Source: Octopus vulgaris (lineage: Eukaryota). From it: a DNA stretch of 64,000 nt. The notes under the pieces are model-generated. The model did not search any database and was not told where the DNA came from. It worked only from the letters and a program-made list of their open reading frames with translations. The position numbers were made by a program, and so were the translations under genes. Shown in pieces: positions 54,985 through 64,000 of this stretch; the stretch's first letter is position 1; each line of letters begins with the position of its first letter. The stretch lies in contig OX597821.1 in NCBI GenBank assembly GCA_951406725.2, positions 98,146,001 through 98,210,000 on the forward strand. Reading direction: 5' to 3'.

Positions 54985-55369
54985 TATTGAAATATACAAA
55001 TATTTATATGGTACCCAACTGAAGTACCAGTGCATTGGATGTTTTACACACCACTTTGAAGGATTTCTTTTCCGCAGTTTCTTACTATCATCATCATCAT
55101 CATCGTTTAGCGTCCGTTTTCCATGCTAGCATGGGTTGGACGGGTCAACTGGGGTCTGTGAAGCTGGAAGGCTTCGTCAGGCCCAGTCAGATCTGGCAGT
55201 GTTTCTATGGCTGGATGCCCTTCCTAACGCCAACCACTCCGCGAGTGTAGTGGGTGTTTTTTACGTGCCACCTGCACAGGTGCCAGACAGAGCTGGCGAA
55301 CGGCCACGAACGGATGGTGCTTTTACGTGTCACCGGCACGGGGCCAGGCGATATATTTATATATATATT

Positions 55370-55590
55370 CAAAATGTGACCATGTGTGTATCGTTGGCGA
55401 TTTTCTTTCTCCGTCTTCCCTTCCTTGGATCTTTCCTTTTCCTATGTTTCTGATGAAGAGCTCCACTCGAAACGTTAAATCCCTCCTTCTTTCTTTCCTT
55501 TCCTGAGCGTCCAATAACACTATACTTGTTCCACGTCCTCGCGTTGTTGTGTTTTCTCTTTGTGGTTTCCTGTTTAGATTAACTATTTAT
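55370..55590 (+). mobile_element. Penelope-like terminal-repeat fragment between (TA)n tracts
   Basis: Hammerhead motif plus TTCCTGAGCG downstream, as in 1-146. Abuts the broken 3' end of the RTE LINE. Confidence 0.65.
55446..55480 (+). ncRNA. Minimal type I hammerhead ribozyme motif with intact core
   Basis: GTTT-CTGATGA-A-GAG(CTCCA)CTC-GAAA-CG-TT-AAAT. Canonical CUGANGA/GAAA, helix I GUUU/AAAU (terminal G-U), palindromic ACGT. Confidence 0.7.
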
Positions 55591-55604
55591 ATATATAGTA
55601 TATA

Positions 55605-57320
55605 TTAGTTGGGCTATGACCCTCTCCATGAACTTCATTACCTGATCTAACAACTTGATACCTCTGTGATTATTTGTATCTAAAGCGTCACCTTTTCCTT
55701 TATAGCAGTTGACTATAGTGCTGCTACACCAGTCATTGGGTATGACTTCTTCGTGTATCACCTGGTTAACTATACGGGTGACTAAGCTATAGCCGACACT
55801 GCCAGATATTTTGAGCATCTCTGCAGTAATTCCTGATGGGCCAAGGGCTTTCCCTGTCTTCATACTCTTAATTGCTTTATCTACCAAGGTACTGTCATCT
55901 CGGATAGCTGGTCCCTCTGTTGGGTTGACATTCGGCAAACTCTCTTTCTCCCATTCATTTTCTTTATTCAGCAACCTTTCATAGTGGCGTCTCCAAACCT
56001 CTCTCTTTGCAGCCTCATTTAGTGCAAGTAAACCATCATCCATGTGAACACATTTCTCTCCTACATCACGATTCTCTCTCCTACACTGTCTTGCAACATG
56101 AAATACCTCAAGTCTTTGGTCCTCGCAGCACAGAACATTGGCAAATTTTTTCTTATCTGCTTCCCCTCTGGCTAAATAAACCTGCCTCCTAGCTTCCCTT
56201 CTGGCAGTCTGATACAATTCCCTGCTACCACCGTTCTTCCAGTCCTTCCAAGCCTGTTTCTTTTCTCTAATAGCCCTGTCAACAACATTGTTCCACCACC
56301 ACGTTATTTTGGGTTGAGAGAGGACTTTGCACCATCCACAGATCTGGTCAGTGGCCCTCAGCAGGTTGTCCCATTGAAACCTCCAGTTGTCTTCTACATC
56401 ATGTGAAGGTATATCCCCTTCTATTTCATCAAAGACTTTGAGTAGTATGTCTCTAAATCTCTGTACATTTGCAGGATCTTTAAGTCTCCAGACCTTTCTT
56501 CTTCATGCTGGTCGTCTTCTGAGCATCTATTTAGCCCTGATCCTGAAGTCACTAACTACCAGTCTATGTTGTGGGGTACATTCTTCACCTGAGAAGGTTT
56601 GGGCATTTATAAGCAGACATCTTTCCCTTTTTCTGGTGAGGATGTTGTCAATTTGACTGGTGTGTCTGCCAGAGCCGTAGGTGACTAGGTGACTGGCAGG
56701 TTTTCTGAAGTTAGTATTGCAAATTATAAGATCATTTGCATTGTAGAACTCCAGCAGAATGGTTCCCTCCTCATTGCGAGAGCCAAAACTGTAGCCTCCA
56801 TGTACGCCATGGAAGCCCCTGGCATGTTGGCCAACATGTCTATTGAAATCACCAGCCATAAAGAGAAGGTCCCTGTCATTCGTCAACACGGTAGGCTGCA
56901 AGAGGGTGTCATAGAATCAGTCTTTTTGTCCATCGGGTAATCCTAGCTCAGGGGCTTGGGCTGAGATAATGGTTGCTAACCCATGATGGAGCACTAATCT
57001 AATCTTAAGTATTGTCGCATACTCTGACAACCTTAATTACCTTATCTATCCATTTCTCTGCAAGAAGTATACCCACGCCCCGGAGCCCGTCAGTGTTCCC
57101 TTCCCAGGAAATCTTGTACCTGTGTTTTTTGCTTGTGAGGAACCTAGTGGAACCTCCTCTCCACCTAACTTCTTGGATGCAGCACATATCGACACATCAC
57201 TGTTCAAGCATCTCAACCATCTCACCAGACTTACCTTTCAGTGTGCCGACGTTGAGAGTGCCAACCCGGAGGGTGTGGGAGGTATGGGCCATTGAGACCC
57301 TGGGGCGGGGGCAGTGGTAT
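55605..57320 (-). mobile_element. RTE-clade LINE, 5' portion (endonuclease plus RT N-terminus), frameshifted and 3'-truncated
   Basis: RVGTLNVGTL, CCIQEVRWRG, AGDFNRHVG, GSRNEEG, TSQID, PQHRLVV, MKTGKALGPSGITAEMLK, IPNDW..YKGKGD...NHRGIKLL. Confidence 0.95.
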
Positions 57321-57348
57321 CATGTAACATATATATATATATATATAT

Positions 57349-57393
<45 letters not shown>

Positions 57394-57665
57394 GTTTAAC
57401 GTCCGTTTTCCGCGCTAGCACGGGTTGGACGGTTCGACCAGGGTCTGGGAGGCCAGGGCTGCACCAGGCTCCAGTCTGATCTGGCAGTGTTTCTACAGCT
57501 GGATGCCCTTCCTAACGGCGTTAGGAAGGGCATCCAGCTGTAGAAACACTGCCAGATAAGACTGGAGCCTGGTGCAGCCTTCTGGCTTCCCAGATCCCCG
57601 GTCGAACCGTCCAACCCATGCTAGCATGGAGAACGGACGTTAAACGATGATGATGATGATGATGA
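57349..57665. repeat. Head-to-head fusion of two RTE-tail repeats forming a ~315-bp palindrome
   Basis: Centre GGATGCCCTTCCTAACG|GCGTTAGGAAGGGCATCC at 57517/57518, with (CAT)n and (GAT)n outer ends. The arms differ at several positions. Confidence 0.9.
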
Positions 57666-58015
57666 TATATATATGTTCTTGAAATTTCAAGATATGCTCA
57701 TGAAATTAAGACAGAAAATGAACTGTATTTACTTTGAATTTTTATAAATTTTTACTGATATTTGTTAAGATGAGATTCATTGAAACTGCTAATATTTTCT
57801 TTACATGATTTCTTAAATCATTTTTATTAAATTCCCTCTTAAATTGGAATGTCTTAAACTTCCTTCTCTGCTATTTCCACCTCCATCTTTTATATATAAA
57901 AATTTGATTTGTACCACTATACATGTATATATATATATAAAGTGAGAATTTACATATATATACACATTTACATATATACACCTATATATTATATATAATA
58001 TATATATATATATAT

Positions 58016-58442
58016 GTACATATAGCCTCGGGCTGACCAAATCCTCAAAAGAGGATTTGGTAGACAGAAACTGAAAGAAGCCCATCATTTCGGAGAGGCA
58101 CTGAGCAGCTATACGCACACATACACACACGGCAGTAACTTCCACCTACCGAATTCAATCACAAAGCTCAGTCAGCTCGGGGCTATAGTAGAAGACACCT
58201 ACCCAAAGTGCTACGCAGTGGGACTGAACCCGAAACCATGTAGCTAGGAAGCAGTATGTATGAGTGTATGCATGTATTTGTGTGTCTATGTTTATCCTCC
58301 CACCATCGCTTGACAACCGATGTTGTTGTGTTTAGATCCCCGTAACTTATAGCTGTTCAGCAAAAGATACTGATAGAATAAGTACTGGGCTTACAAAGAA
58401 TAAGTCCTGTGGTTGATGTGTTCAACTAAAGGTGGTGCTCCA
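58016..58442. mobile_element. Rearranged SINE family A pieces in alternating orientation
   Basis: Plus piece ~58020-58088, minus pieces ~58090-58252, plus 3' half 58253-58442 broken at GGTGCTCCA. Confidence 0.75.
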
Positions 58443-58910
58443 ATATGTATGCAAATATCTGTGCAAGACCCTGCCTCAGTAAAGCTGGACTCATGCGTCA
58501 TCTTCATAGTCATAAAACGAGACAGATGAGTGACAACCTGGCCACTGGTGGTGGTGTAACACACCATACTAATCATATCTGCCGGGCATGTGGAAGAGAG
58601 TGTAATTCGGCAGGAGGACTTAAACGACATGCAAAGGTACATGAAGCCCAGTTACAACTACAGCCGGCTATTACCAGTAAAGGTTTTAGTTGCCAATTTT
58701 GTACAAGACATTGTAGATCTTTGGCTGGGCTAAAAAGTCACATTTGATCACAGCACCAGTAACAGTTAAGCTTCATGCAATGGCTATACTCGATAACGAG
58801 GGGGCAGCCATAATGTATGTATGTATGTATGTATGTATGTATGTATGTATGTATGTATGTATGTATGTATGTATGTATGTATGTATGTATGTATGCATGT
58901 ATGTATGTAT
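58443..58910 (+). mobile_element. RTE-type LINE 3' end encoding three C2H2 zinc fingers, with (ATGT)n tail
   Basis: YVC[fs]NICARPCLSKAGLMRHLHSH, CRACGRECNSAGGLKRHAKVH and CQFCTRHCRSLAGLKSHI*SQH, a short UTR, then (ATGT)n 58813-58910. Confidence 0.7.
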
Positions 58911-59266
58911 ACTTTACTTGTTTCAGTCATTTGCCCATGCTATATACTTAAATATATAGTTAATATATAATTAAATGCATATATATTTACATATACTGTT
59001 AATATAAAAATATAATATATAGTTAATACACTTTCAAACAATACCACAGTGCTTGTGTCAAAGCATCAGTCACTGATCTCCAGTCTTTTCATCTGGTCAG
59101 CATTCAGCCAAACCATTTGGGAATTAAAATGTCAGGATCAACCACAGTACCACAGCGTCGATGGGGGACAATGAAAGTACCAGGATTAGGGAGAACCTTC
59201 AAACTCTTAGAAGGATGTTCAGCACCTTACAATCTCAGAACACAAGAATATATTTGGTTGTGAGCA

Positions 59267-59290
59267 GTAGTAGTAGTAGTAGTAGTAGTG

Positions 59291-59368
<78 letters not shown>
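59267..59368. repeat. (TAG)n microsatellite
   Basis: Directly visible. A (GGT)/(GAT) low-complexity region follows at 59600-59818. Confidence 0.98.
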
Positions 59369-59369
<1 letters not shown>

Positions 59370-62095
59370 AGAAGGTGGTGAGGGTGGGTGTGGGGGCAGA
59401 GAAGAATATCTGGGTTCTTCTCACACAAGGAATTGGTGACAATAATGTGGCAAGGAGGACAAGGAGAGTATGATGATGAAATAAATGTTAGTGATTAGCT
59501 TAGAGGATGTGATGGCTTATTAATGGCAGATTGAACCACTTCCTCAGGAAACAATCTCTCTCAGTACTTAGTGAAGCATTATAAGACCTAGTAGATATGG
59601 AAGTGGTGGTGGTGGTGGTGGTGGTGACGGTGGTAGGAAGAGGTGTAGTTGTGTTTGTGGAGGTGGTTGTGTCTGTAGGTGGTGGTAGCGGTGTGCAAAT
59701 GATGATGGTAGCATGCAGATGATGGTAGTGTGCATGTGATGATTGCATGCAGATGATGGTGGTATGCACAACACATGATGATGGTGGTGGTGGTGGTGGT
59801 GGTGGTGGTAATGATGGCATGTAAATGTTGTTTAACCCCAGGTTGGCACTAATTGAGCAGACATATGATCAAAGTAATCCTAGCTATGACCATCTCATCT
59901 TTTTAATTATTTTCTTAAGGTTTAATATAACCCAGACTACATTAGCCAACTTGCTTTTGTCTTTTTTATGGTCGGTAGGATGTGATCTGAGGAAATTTTG
60001 GCTGCTATTTTTAGCATCTCAAGATTCCCTCTCATTGGCTCAAGGCTGTTGTGCAGGATGTAGTAGTGAGTTTGCAGTGTTGGTAGAGAAAACATTCTTT
60101 TGAGTATTGGAACTACTCCTTGAAAGAACTAGGACAATTCCTAATTGTGAGTACTAGAGATACTCACTTTGACAGGTGGTCTAACTGGCCAAGTTGTTAG
60201 TGCATTAGGCAGATTATCGCGCAGTATTTGTTCCACTCTAAGTTCAGATACTGCTGAGGTCAACTTAGCCTTTCAGAGTTGGTATATAAAATGCAGTGTA
60301 TCATGTGCTGGGGTTGATTCTTCTTTCTGCTTTTCTCTCTCTTTTTCTGGAAGAAATCAACTGAGGTCAGACTTGTAGAGAGATGGGCTCCATTAGGTCT
60401 AAAAAAAAAAATATCCCTAATACTTCATCAGGAGTTAAAGGGCACAGGGCAATGCAAGTAGAACTATATCAACTGATGACCAGTTAAGCAGGATGTCATT
60501 CAATCCACATAGTTCGAAGTAAGTACCACAAAGTGAAAACATCACATTCCTGTAAATAATAGCATAAAATTAATGAGTGTTTTGTCAGTCCCTGGTACTG
60601 AACTCATATCTTCTTGCATACCTACTAAACACATTGATCTAGTTTCAGTTTTATTGCCAAAATATTCCAAGCTTTATCAGTTCCTGATTCTCTTTGAAGC
60701 CCAAATGCAACCAGTATTAATATCCTGTTTGCATATACTAGGATGCTACTGCTGTTTGATATACACATAGACACAATAATTCTTGACCATGTCTCAATAA
60801 ATCAGCAAGCCTTCATATTCAAAATACACTACATCTACTATAGGCCAATAGAAACACTATAGCTTTCATTTGTTTCCTCTACCACAATGACAACTAGCAA
60901 ACCAGGGAAGCTGTGTGTGGTTGTTCAACCTGCTAGAAACATTTGTCTAGGAAGGACACATTGGATAATGTTGCCCAAAATATATTATGTCAGAATATAA
61001 GATGAGATGGTCAGCTCTATCAGCGCTAACTTGGAGCTAAACAACAACAACAAGAACCTCATCAACCAACAACGTATCCTCTACATGGTGAATCAATCTG
61101 TTAAAAATAGCAGCTAAATATCTCTCTAATCACATCCAATTGTTTTTTTTTTAAATAACATTACATAATGTCAAGTGGAAACAAAGGGATGGGATTAGAC
61201 TAAACTGAAACACTTCTGACCATAGGTTTGCTCATTTAGGGACTGATCTTGAGTTAAGCAACAACAGCCCCTGCTTCCCAAAACTAGCAAGTTGTATACC
61301 AAACCTACCTCTCTTCACATCATACTGTATTTTGCTCTTTAAATCACAGATTAAACCTTACTTGCCCCATCAAATCTGCAAGGCTGTGGGAGATGAGAAG
61401 GCTGAAAATGTCATGAGAGCTGTCCTGTCCTTTCTAAGCCCCACCTATTAAAGAAAACCCTCCAAAGTATATTCTAAACTAAATGCAGTTAGAATTACTT
61501 TACTACTTTTGAAAAAGGCTTGTTCTGAATCAAATCCTCTTTAAAGACTCTTAATACAGCTGTACTTTATCTTTTTTTCCTAGGCACATCATCACCTATC
61601 ATTACCCATCATTATCATCACTCTTTTATAGTTTTCATACTGGCATAAGGTGGACAAAACTTCTTAAGGAAGTATTCCAGATTCCCATTCCTAATGTTAA
61701 CTCTTGTTTTCATACAAGGTGCTTTATTCTGCTAAGCTTCTCAAGTCAAACTGCTGAGCTGTGGAACATAAACAAACATCACTGTTACCCAAGTGATGTC
61801 AATGTCACAAAATGCATAGGAAAACTCTCACACACACACACACACACATTCTGTACAGATTTTTACCTACCAAATTTCACTTGTAGGAAACATTCCTCCT
61901 AATTCTCCCCAATTAATGAGAAGAACTTTTTTTATGCTTCAAGCAAAATTCTCTGAAATGCTAAGTCAATATGTGACATTCAAAATCTTTGTGCAGCTAA
62001 TCAAGCACATGTCTCCACAGAAAATTTATTTTATATTGAATATTTTATTAATAATTATAATGACCTGTAAACATAAGTCTGAACTATTCCAACAC

Positions 62096-63089
62096 ATGAT
62101 GGACAGTTGAGAAGTTCATAAGCTGATCAAGATATTTTCATGGAATATGAGTAAATGAAGTTTATTTTTCAACGGAGTCCTCCTTGTCAGTCACACACTT
62201 CTTCCATTAGTTTTACAGTGCTTGGATCCTATTGGTGAAAAAGCTTTGGCTCTGTTGCTCAACAGCAGATATGATATCATCATCACTTTGATACTGGTTC
62301 CCAGCCGAGGGTTTTTCATGTTGGGGAACAGGTGACAGTCAAATCAAGAGAATAGGGAGGGTGGTCAATCAGTTCAAAGCCCAGTCACATACAGCAGCCA
62401 TTGAAACCAAGGATTTGTGTGCTGGAGCATTGTCCTTGTGAAACAATATCCTTTTCATCAGCTTTCCTAGGCATTTGATCTTGATAACCTTTTATAAGTA
62501 CTGCAGCAAATTGGCATAGTACTCTCCATTGATGGTGTAACTCACCAATTAAGAAACGTTCATCATACCAAGTTCATTATGCAGAATATTCTCAACTCTC
62601 TCATGGGATATGCAAACAGCATTGGCAATTTGATTTATAATCAATCACCCATCATCCATCCCCATATGGTGAACTCTATCAACATTTTCCTCAGTGGTGG
62701 CAGTTGCAGGATGTCCAGATCTTAGGTCATATTCAAGATGCTCTCTTCCCTCCCGCCAACTAAATTCAGCTGCCTACTGTTGCATTGTGGATAAAGCCGG
62801 AGTATTGTTCTCTAATGTAGCATCTATGTTGGCATGAATGTTGTTGGGGGCTAAACCCTTTAGAAATTTTCTACGAGTACTTGATAATACCACAATGTGA
62901 AATTTTGTCAGTTTTCAAGAGAAGTTGTGACTAGTTACTTTTGAAGTCTTCTTTGAATATTCAGATGTCAGTTTACCTGGTAAAAACTAATGCAGTTATG
63001 AATAAGAAGAGTTGAAATTCAACAATACTTCACAGCTCTAGTATCACTCTTTCATAGTTGGCCTATAAACTTTTCATCCCACCTTCATA
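62096..63089 (-). mobile_element. Mariner transposon with both TIRs, internally deleted and decayed
   Basis: Minus strand ILFHKDNAPAH and DHPPYSLDL. The 5' region is colinear with 37627-38100. Imperfect TIRs (GAAGTTCATAAGCTGA / TTGGCCTATAAACTTTTC). Confidence 0.88.
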
Positions 63090-63817
63090 CATTTCCTTGA
63101 TAACTAAATATTCTCTTGTATGATTAAGACTTTCTAATGAAAATTAACACAAGCTGAATAATTAAAATAGCTTACCATTCTGGATAATACAGACTGAAAC
63201 TAAAAGCTGGATTTAGGCTAGGATCACAACTAGTATTAAGACTAATAGAGGAATCATAACATAGATAAGCAAACATTTCTACAACAACCACAAATACTAA
63301 AAGATATTCAACAAAAGTAATATAAAAACGGTTTCAGCTACACCAAAAACATCACAGCCTTCATAGCTATATATAATAGCAGCAATCACATGTGTAAGAA
63401 TCAACTAAACCCACAATACATCAGCAGCAATGCTACATCTTGTCCTTTTAATGGTAAGTATCCAAGAAAGGCACAAGAGTAAGTAGATAGCAATGAGAAG
63501 AATTTCATGAAACTCACTGAAAATAACATTCAAGAATAAGTATATGCATCACACCCACTCAGATCCACAGATAAATGCACCTCTACCTCACTGTCATAGT
63601 ATATCTGGAACATAAATGAGAAAGAAAGCAACAGCACCAATATAGCTATGTTTGTTGTCAAAACTGCAGTACCTTACATTAATGGGTCAGAAAGATTCTT
63701 ACTCTGGTTGAAAGATATAACAACTTTTGAAGATGCCAAATATGAGATAGGAAACTGTGTCAAAGTGAGAACACAAACAGAAATGCCTTTTAAGGTAGTT
63801 CCTATTGCAGATGGGGT

Positions 63818-64000
63818 GGAGGCGCAATGGCCCAGTGGTTAGGGCAGCGGACTCGCGGTCATAGGATCGCGGTTTCGATTCCCAGACCGGGCGTTGTGAG
63901 TGTTTATTGAACGAAAACACCTAAAAGCTCCACGAGGCTCCGGCAGGGATGGTGGTGATCCCTGCTGTACTCTTTCACCACAACTTTCTCTCACTCTTAC
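63818..64000 (+). mobile_element. Young tRNA-derived SINE (tRNA-Arg-like head), running off the window
   Basis: TGGCCCAGTGG A-box and GTTTCGATTCC B-box, CpG-rich. The acceptor stem does not close and non-tRNA sequence follows. Confidence 0.8.

Noticed and set aside
59161-59820. Poly-S/T/Y/V/P/H ORFs
   Set aside because: (TAG)n and (GGT)n microsatellites, with no splice or homology support.
63818-63895. tRNA gene
   Set aside because: A and B boxes are present, but there is no closed acceptor stem or terminator and it continues into a SINE body.

Overview
AT-rich, microsatellite- and transposon-saturated eukaryotic DNA. The repeat families resemble those I recall from Octopus genomes; this taxon call is an inference, not a database result. 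No intact protein-coding gene is fully visible, and almost all ORFs in the supplied track are translations of simple repeats or SINEs. The best host-gene signal is a CpG-retaining promoter at about 46.4-47.15 kb (ETS, CCAAT and YY1-type motifs) with a minus-strand first exon (46891-46816) encoding a signal-peptide-like N-terminus. The CpG-poor 1-43 kb region is probably its intron-rich body, and only tentative downstream exons can be proposed. The rest is a layered record of mobile elements: several tRNA-derived SINE families, RTE, CR1-group and R4/Dong-like LINE pieces, a Penelope-like RT relic, a Gypsy relic, four Tc1/mariner relics, a Merlin transposase relic, piggyBac-type MITEs and a DINE-1/Helentron-like element. 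Most notable are three sequence-divergent minimal hammerhead-ribozyme-like motifs with compensating stems (11-48, 53121-53181, 55446-55480) in (TA)n-associated elements. Also notable are a possible exon encoding dibasic-flanked DYxxYQ peptide repeats, an RTE-type 3' end with three C2H2 fingers, and recurrent fold-back/palindromic structures.
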